64,000 nucleotides of DNA from contig DF236966.1 of assembly GCA_000708835.1 (NCBI GenBank), forward strand, positions 336,243 through 400,242, read 5' to 3'. A model generated the notes under the pieces. It was not told the origin of the DNA, did no database searches, and saw nothing but the letters and a program-made list of their open reading frames with translations. A program made the translations under genes and the position numbers. This document shows positions 11,401 to 22,700 of the stretch, piece by piece (position 1 is the first letter of the stretch; every line of letters begins with the position of its first letter). This DNA comes from Klebsormidium nitens. Its lineage: Eukaryota > Plantae > Klebsormidiophyceae.

Positions 11401-14400
11401 AGTCCGGACTGCATCCGACGGCTAGAAACGTGCGTACAGGACCGTCAGTGCTTAGACCCCCACCTGCTCTCCGCGCTCGTTCGCCACTCTAGTTGCCACC
11501 GATACGGCGGAAATGCGCCGCGGCTGCGTGCAGATGATGTTGCACTGCATCATGCTGGCGTCAGCCTCCTCGAGAACGAACTGGGGAAGCTGGGTCGTCT
11601 TGCCGCACCCAGTCTCGCCGGACACAATCACCACCTGAGGGAAAGAAAGGTGCACTCGCGGCGATTTGTGAATGGCCAACGCGGGATTAGCACGTGATAA
11701 GAAATTTCAAAGTGTTCTCGCGGTTGTGAGCGACTCATTCACGGACCCAACAGTCCTGGCGGGAGCGACAAAAGCCGACTCGCAGGTCCACCGACTCATC
11801 TTCGAAACAGTGGCTCTGTTCGATCCTGTTTGTCTCGTGGAGCGAGAGAAGCCCACAGTCAGCGCTTGCACCTTACTAGTTACAGAACGCCTTGAAAGGC
11901 TTCTCCAATCCAAGAGACAGAGAAAAACTCTGTAATCCAATCCAATTACCTGGTTATTCACCACGGCTCGCAGCAGGTCTCCCCGCACGTTCCACGCCGG
12001 CAACCGTTTCCGTCCGTCCAGCATAATCTCCGCCCGGTTCAGCTCCCGGTGCGTCCGCTCCCGGACGAACGGCATCGGCTCGACGCCCCGCCGACCCCTT
12101 CTAGTTGCCCGGAACTCCATCTCCCGGTCCTCCAAGCCAACGCTAGACGAGAGGTAGTCATCTGCGGATGGGAGCTGGAAGTGTCAGCCATGCAATGATG
12201 CCTGCGCCTTAGAACATTGTACTGAACGCTTGTTGAGCTCGATGAAGTCTTCAGTCTGCGCAATGTTGTTGACCTCTGAAAGACTTTGTTTGGTAGAGGG
12301 CTCGCCGCTCGGAGCAGATTCTCAATGTCCGCGTTGCTTGCAATCGAAGGCTGCGGGTAGGGCAGGGGAACCGAAGGCGGAAAGGCAGGTAGACGAGCTG
12401 CCGAAGAGCTGCCTCCTGCGTTAAGTCGACTCTGCTTTCAAAAGAAGGTATTGCACGCTTCAACAGGATCCTGAACAAGTCTCTTGAGAGGCACTTCGTG
12501 GATCCTTGACTTTGTCCCAATACAAAGGAAATACGTTCTTACGTTCGTTTTACGTTCTCAGGTGATATCCGCACACGTCACGCTGATGATTGCATCTGAA
12601 CGATTTGCTCAGCCCAAAAGCCCGAAAGGCATTACCGTTCTACGTTGATTCAACGAAGCCTCTCAACCCTGTGCTGCTGCCTCATAACGTATTCCTGATC
12701 TGAAGCAAAAACTTCTTGCCACTTTTCTTCGGCAATGGGGCATGGAAGGTGCAAGAGTAGGAGAAGCCAGTGCTCGCCTGCCTCGATGATCGGCGGCGCC
12801 GCTCTCAGCTCCGCTGTGCCTCGACCATTCTCGTTGACAGGATGCGACTCCTTGCTCCAGCCATTGACATCCCGCTGTTTCCAGTCCTCCACAGAATCCA
12901 CCCCCATCGATTCACGAGCACCGCTTCTTGACGAAGCGTCCAAATGTTCTTTCGTTGTACCGTATCTCGACGACGGTCCGGCACTATTTCCGGAAGCTGC
13001 CCGTTCGTGCCCACTGAACAGAGCGCTTCTCTGTTCCGAAGCGAACGGTAGGTCAGTATCAGAATGACCAGCTGATGACGCGCCCGTGTTGCTGTTGCTG
13101 GCAACGAGACCGTTCGCAGTCGAGCCCCCAGATCGACTCAAGTCCCTCCCTATGTAATTCATACTCCCCTCAACCAAGGGCTCCTGCCCAGCTGTAACTG
13201 GTGGGGACCCGTAATTCGTCCCAGAGCTCACCGTCGCTGACCCCAAACTCCCCAATCCAGTCGAAGACGAGGCCTCTCGTTCCGGTGTCCCCGAAACGGA
13301 ACTCCCCCCGCCCACATTCCGTTCCGCCTCGCGCAGCGCGCGCCGCACCGACTTCCGTGCTGCATTCTTCACGCCGTCGTGCGGACCCCCCTCGACCTTC
13401 TTCCACCGCGACTTGTCCACAAAGTCGTCGTCCGAGTTTTCTCCGTCCGAAAACGCCCCTTTCCGCTCCACGGATTTCGCTAGCTCCTGCAGGGCGGCAT
13501 TCCGGCGGACCCTCCTGGAGCGGCCGTCGAGAGCCTCGCCGGGGCTCACGCCTTCCACACGTGCGTTCACTTTCATTCTGCGGTTTGCAGTGAGAACGTC
13601 TAGCAGCTCCAGATCGCTCTTGTCTTCCGCTGTGAAGGCCTCTTCTGACCCCTCCCCTTCAGACTCCTCTCCTTCGGACCCTTCCCCTTCCAACAGTCTC
13701 TCCCAATCCTTTCTCCACTCACCGTCAAAACCCTCCCCAGAGATCGTCTCTGCCCTTTCCCCAGAGTAAGTAGATGCAAACTCTTCCATTGTCGAGCGTG
13801 CGGAGCCTGCCCCTGGCTCATTGTCCGGAGCGGCTAGTCTCCTCAACTTTTCCGACAAGTCTAAGCTGCTTTCCGAAACCAGGCCGCTGCCTGGCATCGA
13901 GTCAGCCAAGGGCTCCGTAGGAGGATGTTCGGCAATCGGTCTGGCGCCGTTACTAACGCTCATACTTGAGTTCAACACAGCATTCACCTCTGCACCCGCT
14001 CCGGTCTGTTCCGCCCTGCTTTGACTGCTCAAATCCGCTTCGCTTCTTCCCCCTCCGTTTTGCAACTCACTCTCCCCCTCAACAGCTCCTCTGCTTCCGT
14101 TTTCCGAAGCTTCCTCCCCAGTAACCATCCCAAACTTTCCATTCCCAAAATTCGAGGTTTCTGTCCCCTTCCGGTTATTCACGTTCTCCGCCACATCCCC
14201 ACCTTGCAAAGTGCCCCTCGAGCCTTCCCTATGTGACGAGCCGACCAATGTGGCCAGCCTTTCTTTGCGCTTGTCCTGCGCCTTTGACACGATGTCATGG
14301 ATGTGCTTGGCGGTGTGGATCGACATCCCAACCTTGCGCTGCTTGGGCTTGCGGTCAAAGACCGTGCTAAAGTTCGGCATCGGTTCTTTCATGATGACCA

Positions 14401-16225
14401 TGCCCTTGGCATAGGCTTGGCTGCAAGACAACAAAAATGGGTTTGAAAACAGGTATGACACTGAAACACCATGCTTGTGTTTGGCTTTCCAACGTGCCTG
14501 CGCGAGACGTGCGTCAGGCGTCTTCGCCATCGCCAAAATGTTGACCAATCAAAAACCTTTCGAAGATCCCACCTACTGTCCCTGAACAGGCGCAAATTAA
14601 TTCTTGACCATCTCTCGCAATCACAAACTGAACTTCCAACCTTCCCAGGAGTGTGTAAAGGTTCCAGATACTCGAATTCAAATAATCAGGCTTCGAAACA
14701 AAATGCATATGCAAAAAGCTCAGCCACTGAAAACCCCTCTCCTTCTTGGTCCCCTGCAGCTTCTACTGTGTGCCTTCACTTTGCATCCCCCTCCCTTCTT
14801 CAGCTTTTTCTTTGCCCCCTTTTCCCAGCTCTTTCTCTCCCCTACTTGCTGATACACTCTTCCTCGACATTCTCATTTTGTGGGGTCACTACAAGCAAAC
14901 ACTTTTCATGTCCAAAGAAGTGACTTACCAGTAGAGCCCGTGTGCTTGCACCATCTTCGCCATCGCCGCAATCGCATCGTCCTCCTTGATATACTTCTCG
15001 TCATTCAGCACGATGCGCACCTCGTGCGGGTTCTCCTTGAACTCTTGCAGCCGTCGCTTCCATCGTGTCTCCTTGATAGGGGAGGGCGCCTTCTGCAGAA
15101 ATCCAAGATGGGGGAAGATAGACTCAGTACCGATATCTGGAATGGCAAGATCTAAAAAGCAGAACGGAGATGGGGATTCCCATGTCACTGCGACGGATTC
15201 AAGGGTGATGTCTGTTCCACTTATATTGACTGACGATGAAAATCTGCGTGGGAGGCAGGTCGAGGCGGCAGTCTTCGGAAACATCAATCGGCACATTAAT
15301 CCTGGGAGAAGTAGAGAAATGGTGGTGCACTTCTGTCCACAGCTTGTCAGTCCAACTCTCATGCATGAAGAGTGCCCCCCCCAAAGTGAATTTACAACCG
15401 CTGTGTTTTATTACTGTGAGTCTTTCGAGGTTGCGAGTACTTCAAGACCATCACGTCACCAATCAGAAGTCCTCTTAAATATCAAGAATGACCATGTAAC
15501 CTCACACGCTCTGGCCACTCAGTTCAACAATCTCTTGTCATGATGATTCTTTAAATCTTCTAGAAAGCCTTCACCAGACGATGCAAGTATTTTCTGGTTG
15601 CATATGGTGGTGCAACTGTTCTGTGACAGTGGCGTCCCCTGAGGACTCTGCGAAAGGTGGTATGCATACTTTTGAGAAAGTTTCGGTTTGTGGCGTCTCC
15701 CATGATACGGTGATCATGCACCCTAGGGGCTGGCGCAGCTCACAGATAGATGATGTTCTTTACCACCACCAGATAAAAGTTATATCTAACTTTTCTTAAC
15801 CAACTTTTCAATCAACTAACTTTTCCCCTCCCATACCAGGCAAAGCCAATCTCTCAATCTCATGCCCAAAAACCCACCTGATTTGGATCTCCTTCATAGC
15901 ATTCAAGACTCACCTTTTGCCCTGCGTAGGTCCTGACACATTGCTTCTGCCTTGCACTCTGTGGCCCGAGCGTTGGCGGCATTCCTCGGCCCCATGCCAA
16001 AATGCTGCCCCCAAGGAAAAAGGCATGAGTTGATGTCAAAGTTTTCTGAGTTTGCCGAAAAGCGGGATCCGCGGCAACAGAGCGTTTTGCAGAGGCGCGG
16101 CAAAACGAGAAGGTCCTCGTTGCTTCAAAGTGTAAACGAACTGAGGCCAAGCTTTGTGCTCGCGTAGGCATGTGCCGGGTGCTGACCCTGATGCCGCTTG
16201 ACATTGCCGCCATGGCAGCCATCAA
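2438..16225 (-). CDS. DExH-box ATP-dependent RNA helicase (DHX36 / plant DExH1-3-5-like), about 1566 aa, 19 exons, with a probable organellar targeting peptide
   Basis: Exons 5'->3': 15914..16225, 14929..15092, 12778..14420, 11950..12161, 11464..11634, 10922..11020, 10363..10491, 9659..9733, 8740..8883, 7934..8287, 7478..7672, 6987..7121, 6282..6435, 5358..5662, 4865..5023, 3954..4085, 3271..3377, 2788..2884, 2438..2551 (4701 nt). Motifs: GETGCGKTT (I), TQPRRISA (Ia), DEIH (II), MSAT (III), VFLTGW (IV), [14 protein letters not shown] (V), QRRGRAGR (VI), HA2 [13 protein letters not shown]-fold IHPMSVN...[18 protein letters not shown]. The exon 3 donor is an inferred GC site and is uncertain. 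Confidence 0.93.
9003..9060 (-). repeat. Intronic decayed copy of the helicase exon 9 acceptor and exon start
   Basis: Copy ttgctttccag|GGCATCACGCACACGGTAAGGATTCGTACTTGGAGGACTTACTGCAAC versus real ctgcttgacag|GGCTTCACGCACCCGGTGGAGAGTTTGTACTTGGAGGACGTGCTGCAAC (8883). Confidence 0.85.
10205..10305 (-). repeat. Intronic decayed copy of the last ~85 nt of helicase exon 7; donor GT mutated to TT
   Basis: Copy translates [25 protein letters not shown] versus real [25 protein letters not shown]; ctc|ttgagg versus ctc|gtgagt. Confidence 0.85.
11080..11140 (-). repeat. Intronic copy of the helicase exon 6 acceptor and exon start (period 88 nt)
   Basis: gagcag|GTAGAGAAACGGTGGGTCACACGGT versus gctcag|GTAGGAGACACGGTGGGTTACGCGGT (11020); the adjacent intronic sequence also aligns. 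Confidence 0.8.
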
Positions 16226-16728
16226 AGGCGACTAGGCCAGGCTTTTCAAAACAAGCTTCACTTCTTGTCTTGAATGATATGCAAAGCTTTCAAATCGGCC
16301 CTGGGCCTCAGGCTTAGCAAGCATTTGTCGTGGTTGATCACACTGTATCAGTGTAAATGCGTTTCAAGGTACGTGACCTGGTGCAATAACCAAGCCGTAG
16401 TGCAAGCATCCTCGCCGTCAGAGTGAATTGCCTTGCGCAATCGACGGCTCCGGAGGCTGGAAAATGGCAACCGAGCTCTTGGGTTTGGATTACTGCAGTC
16501 CGGAGCATTCACATGAGACTCTGGTCTGAAGACTTTCAAGAGTCTTCACCAACATCCATGCCTGAGCCTGAGCCTGAGGCTGCCAGGCAGAACTTTCAGA
16601 GGTTCCAGCCAACGTCATTCTGCAGCCTTAGGAAGGAGACCGCTGCACAAGAGAAGCCGCCGGCGGCCGCATCGTTCAGGGGTGCAAACTTTGTGAAGCA
16701 ACTTCTCCACGTTCGCTCTGTTGGAGGT
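16226..16728. promoter_or_regulatory. Probable bidirectional promoter between the helicase and SPT5 (503 bp between start codons)
   Basis: Divergent ATGs at 16225 (-) and 16729 (+). Inferred from geometry only; contains a short (GCCTGA)3 run near 16560. Confidence 0.55.
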
Positions 16729-19700
16729 ATGGCCCGCTCAGATGACAGCGATGATGATTTCGAGGAGGAAGAAGATTTTGATGAAGACGAGTATGAAGAT
16801 GAGGCGCCAAAGAGCAAAGGTGCGCTTTACAGCAGTCACTGTGTTGTCAAGGTTTTGCAAAAGGAGAGAGGCCACATTCTGAGGGACTGGGAGTTGGGAT
16901 GCAGTGATGGGGATGCTTCTTTAATGACTGCCCATTGCTTCTTTTAGTGATGTGATACAGGATTGGATCAGAGATCATCGTTGGTAGAAGAGAGGCAGCT
17001 TGGGCTGTAACCTTCTCACAAGAAGATGACCGGTGTCCGAAAGCCGTTGCATTTTATCAGTGTGGGTGCTTATATCAAGCAACCACTATACCCTCCTTTC
17101 GAGCCCTTGCATAATCGAACTCAGGAAGGTTTTTGAAAGCCTTGCTAGGAGCATGCAGAGTTTGGGAGTCGAGCAATCAACGGTCTGCATTAGTTGTGGT
17201 CATCATGCACGAAGGTGTGTTTGAGAGATGCTGCAACATGGGTTTCTTATACTGTTTCCACATTTTCGCTCACTCTTTCAGCTGCAGACAGTGCACAGTG
17301 GGCACAAAACTTTCACTCAGAGTAGTGCAAAGCACGTCGGTTTTAGGGTTTCCTGCTCTCCTCAGGCCTTGCCACTTCAAATGTTTCTTCATTGTGAACG
17401 TTCATTCACTCTTCCGAGTTGCTCCCAAAGCTTCGGTTGTCCCCGTCGAGCAAGCAACCTTGGATTGCTTGCACAGCAATTGCGACACGCATCCCTGCCC
17501 ACCTGATTTAATGCTTGAGAGTCTCCTTCTTCTGGCCCGCTGTGTCAGCCCTTATTTGGTTCCATAAGTAATCTGCCAGAAAACGAAAATGTTGCTACAG
17601 CTCCTTGCCAAGAGCCAGAGTTGGTCACAGTGTATTGATCCTAGTCGGGCTTGTCGTCTGCACGAGTATGCGTCCAAACCAACTACCACTTGAACTGCCC
17701 TTTACAAAAAGCGCCCCTGGGGCAAGCGCCCCGTGCAGCCTGTACAGAAACTAGTGCTGCCACAACCAGACATATTGTCGGTTTTACTCTGGGAGTTCAC
17801 TTGATGACCCGGTGAATTGATGGCGGATTCCATATCTTCAGGCAAGGGCTCCAAGGGCAAGCGGCCGCGGAGCCTGTACATAGACGATGCGGCCGAGGAA
17901 GACGAAGACGAGGATGAGGATGAGGAAGAGGAGGAGCAACGGCACAAGAAGCGCAAAAGAGGCGCGGCGGCGTTCATCGACGATGCCGCTGACGTTGCGG
18001 ATGAGGACGAGGAGGAAGAGGACGACGACTATGCGGACGGTGGGTTTTGACCAATCATTGTTGAATATTTGCTTATTGTGTGCTAACAAGTGGGCTACTG
18101 GTTTGAGTTCGTAGTGGAGTTGTAGGAGAGTCCATGAAGTTTTACTGATATGGATACCATCGAAGTACGTTTCATAATCAGATGACGATCCATTCTGAAG
18201 TGGAGCACAAAGCTCAACAGACTGTTTGGATCTGTGAAGCCAATTGGTTTGGCTTTCTTTCCAGGGAGACGATCATGCCCTTTACACAAGCCTCCCTACT
18301 TGTCAGCGCAGGTCTGAAGCTTAAAATGCCTTTTTCTTCTGATGGTCACTTTCCTGCTGGCAAAACCCCTTGTAAACAACATGCTTTAGGCCGCGTTTGC
18401 CTTGGAATCTTAATAGCAATGATATCTTATATCGCCTTTGCTCTGGTGCTCTACAGACCTTATCGACGACAACGAACTTCCCAACGAGGTTGGGCCGAGC
18501 CGCCAGGAGGCGTTCCGCTCGTACCGCGACATGGCGCGCAACCTGGAGGAGGACGAAGAGGACGACGAGGCGGGGCTGGAGAAGTTCCTCAAGGAGCGCT
18601 ACGAGCGCTACGACCAGGTGAGCTGTTTCGCGAGCATGTTACCAAAGTTTCACGTCGAAGTCCGTGACGGGGCTGGAGACGCCCCTCACGGAGGATTACA
18701 AGGGCTATGACCAACGTCAGCGGCTTTGCGAGCCATTTTTTCAAGGTTCATGTCGAGAGGTTTATGTCTAAGTTTGTGACCACCGGGATTCGTTTGATGG
18801 AATCTCTGTCGATCCTGTGGCCGAGCCATTGTGATCTGCGGTTCATTGGTTGCTCTTTGAAGCCGTGCAAGTCGATGTATGCAACCTGCTCCTTTCAAAG
18901 GTTTGTGCGAGTGACAAACGGTCGGCCCGAACCGGTTTTCGGCACAGTGCGTTGAGTGGTTTCGGTTACCTTCTTTCGTCCGTTCTCAAGGACTGCCCAT
19001 AAAGAACATCCACAAAGCTAGGCTTATGTAGGAAAATTTGGGTGTCTGTCCCGAGACGAGGATGAAAACCTTCTTCGGGGGGTCTGCATAGCCTGCCTTC
19101 AAACGATCTTCGACTAATCGCTCTCTTTGTGGCCTCAGGCGCAAGATCGCGATGAGGACGAGGCTGGTCCTGTCGACTCGGAAGCCCTGGCGCCGTCAGT
19201 GGACGACCCCAAGCTGTGGATGGTGAAGTGTCAGGTAAGCTTTAAAGCATTCTTTTACCATTCCTTCTGTAAGTAAGAGCCTTACTGGTAGCCGGCATAA
19301 TCGGTGTGAGTGTCCCATCTCGCACCTTTCCCGATTGAGTAGGTCGACGAGATGAATGAAAATCAGGTGCTCTTTCCTTACGATCTCGCTTATGAATGAA
19401 AGCTTACCCCATCCTTAGTCTTCCTTGCAAACCTTGCACAAGAACGCCTTTGACATGGTAGGCGCCGATCGTCTACTGGCCTGCTTTCCCCCTAAGGCTG
19501 GGGGCTTGAGCACTCTGGCTGGGGTGCTCGCAACTTGTTCTGCTTTGGGATAATCCCGGAAGTTTCCACTCTTTTGTCGTTAACGACTTTTCCGACGTTT
19601 GACGGCGGTTTTGATTCCCACACGACTAGGAAAGTTGTTACTTCCCCGAATTGCAAAGCCTCGTTACTGCTGCGGCTCACACAGTCATCTCGTTCATCGC

Positions 19701-22700
19701 AGTTCGGACGTGAGAAGGAGGCGGCGATCTGCCTGATGCAGAAGTCCCTCGCACGGCTGGCGGAGGGCCGGCCGCTGCAGATCCGATCGGCAGCCGCAAT
19801 CGATCACTTGAAGGGATATCTGTACATAGAGGCGATGAAGGAGAGCCACGTGCGAGAGGTGAGTTTTACCCCGGGATTACCAATTGAACGGATTTAGCCT
19901 TTCTTGCAGTAAGCGAGAAAGAGCTCTGCTTCCGCAGCTTCTGGATTGATACATCTTCGCCTTTTCCTTGTTTGAGAGAAGCGAAGCTCACGCTCAATAT
20001 TAGAGCACCTCTACACGTCAACCACGTGGTTTTTCCTTCCCAAGCCCAATTGCTCTGTTTTACCAACCCGAGAAAGCCCTATTTACCAACCCAAGAAAGC
20101 CCGAGGGTTCTTTTACATGTTAATCAAGCCCCGCTTGTACAGGCGATCACGGGCCTGCGCATACTGTACTACAAGATCACGCTGTGCGCCCATCCACGAG
20201 ATCATCTTTTAGAACCCAGTATTTCTATCCTCATCAACACTCTACAGCTCAAAGGCCTTGCAGACCTTAACGTCCAATTTCGCCCCCCGCAGGCAATCGC
20301 GGGCCTGAGCATTTTGTACTACAAGATCACGCTCTTTCTATTCACGAAAACCACCTTTCCGAATCCAAGCATTCTATCCACATCAACACGCTAAGGCCAA
20401 GAACCGCTTATAAAGTACAACCCCTACTTTGCAGGCGATCACGGGCCTGCGCATCCTGTACTACAAGATCACGCTGGTGCCCATCCGCGAGATGCGCGAC
20501 GTGCTGCGCATCACCAAGAAGCAGCTGGAGCTGCAGCGGGACACGTGGGTGCGCGTGCGCAACGGGCTGTACAAGGGCGACCTCGCGCAGGTCGTCGACG
20601 TGGACCACGTGCGCAACCAGGCCACGCTCAAGCTCATCCCGCGCGTCGACCTCCAGGAGCTCGCGCGCCGCCTGGTGAGTTCTATCTGTCCTCGTTATCC
20701 GTCATTTGTCGTAAGCGGATCTTCCATATCTGTGCTTACGCCTTGGGGAGAACTCTAATCAAGCTTTGCGTATCTGAAAAAAGCTGAAGGTCAAGCTCAT
20801 CACGCCATCGACCTCCAGGAGCTCGCGCGTCGCCTGGTGGGTGTTCCGCCTTGGTCTTCGTGAGTGTTTATTGTTTGAGTCTCTATCTGCGCCCTGTTAA
20901 TTGTTGAAAGGCTCAAGGTTGTGCTCATCCCACGCGTCGACCTCAAAGAGCTCGCGCGCCGCCTGGTGAGACTTCCTGCCTTCGTTCATCGTCGTTTGCT
21001 AGTAATCATTTCTCGAATTGTTATCCCACCTTGCGGAAAGGGTTTTGCTTAGGCGCATCCAGCGCAACGACCCCTGAGAGAATGGACGCCGCCTGGTGGC
21101 ATCCCTATTCTCATTTGGCGTCCTCGTTTGTTGTCGTCCACGCTCCGTGTTCGTCAAGTGTTTGAAGATTCTTTGTTGCGCCTTGATTGTGCGTCCTGCG
21201 GCGAAAAGCAAAGAGCTCTTAGACAAATTCAGCCTGTGCGTCGACCTTCAGAAACTTGCGTGCTGCATTGTGGGCGCTTTCTACTTTGTTCTAGTCCTCG
21301 TCGCACCTACGCCATGTCATTGACGCTCATTAGACCAAAGGTTTCAACCATCCAATGACGTCAGTAGTCGAATAAAGACGTTTTTATTGTTGGCTGCAGG
21401 AGGGCGAGGGACGGGACCAGAAGAAGAAGACTCGGCCCCCGCAGCGCTTCTTCAGCCTGGACGAGGCGCGCGACCTGCGCATCCCGGTGGAGTCGAAGCG
21501 GGACAACTACGGCGACGCGTTCGAGTTCATCAACAACCTCAAGTTTCGGGACGGCTACTTCTTTAAGACCGTCTCGCTCAAGAGCATCGTAAGTGCCTTG
21601 TATCCATAATACATGTCGCACAGCATAATATCAGATATCTTTTACGGAAGTCGGTTCGTGCCGAATGCGGCACCCATCTTCAGGTATACGGGCATGGTGA
21701 TTTCGTCAAAATATGGAACCAGTCTGGCGAGCGGTATGAGCAAGGATTGCCAATCAAAGACTTCAACTCAGAAACCAGATGCCGAGTTTGATGCACAATG
21801 CCTCAAGCAGACGTGTTTGTTGAAAGTAAGCCGTTCGTTTGCCCTACAGGAAGTGAAGGAAGTGGTCCCCTCCTTTGACGAGCTACAGAGGTTCCAGAAC
21901 GCTCCTCAAGGGGAGGACGGCAGTACGCGGAGGAACGATCTGCCAAGTGAGTGTCAGGCGACACCCTACAGCAGGAGGCACGCCCTTTTGACACCACTGG
22001 AAACTGTTGCATTTCGGTCACACGCTATGTGATTGACATCCACAGGTCTTGTATCGGTCAGCTAGCCATCTTTTGCCCAAGTGCAGATCTTCCGTGTTCA
22101 GCATGCTCTATCGTTCCCCATAATCAACAATAGTCAAAAATAACGTGCACAGCTGCGCAGCAAGCCTCTGGCTCACCGGGCAGCACTAACCGATGCGGCC
22201 ACTCCAGACTAAATGTGCTTTCTTCCCCGGGCAGCTTTAATCGATGGGGGTTTGCAGAGTCCTGACTAACCCTGCCTATCTTGCCCGGGTAGCCCTAATC
22301 GACGCGGCCACTCCAAACCAGTTCTGCTTTTCTTTCTTAGGCAGCTTTAACCAATGCGGCTGAGCGTAAGTTCTGACTAAGCCGACCTATCTTGCCCCCG
22401 GCAATCTTAACCGCCCCAGCCACTCCCAACTTATCTAATTCTGCTTTCTCCCTCAGGCAGCCTTAACCAACAGGCCATCCTTGACTAACCCTGCCTTTCT
22501 CTCCTGGCCAGCCCTAAGCGACGCGGCCATCAGCAAGAAGAAGGTGCACTTCGTGCCCGGGGACTCCATCCGGGTGGTGGAGGGCGAGCTGAAGAGCCTG
22601 CAAGGGACGGTGGTCCACGTAGACGAAGTCCAGGGCATCGTGCGTGTGCGCCTCCGCGACGAGGACTGGGCGCAACTCGGCCAAGCCGCCAAGGCGGTAA

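Noticed and set aside
22170-22530. CRISPR-like interpretation of the regularly spaced repeats here and at 41600-41900
   Set aside because: The context is eukaryotic and intronic, the repeats are degenerate copies of adjacent splice junctions, and there are no unique spacers or cas genes.
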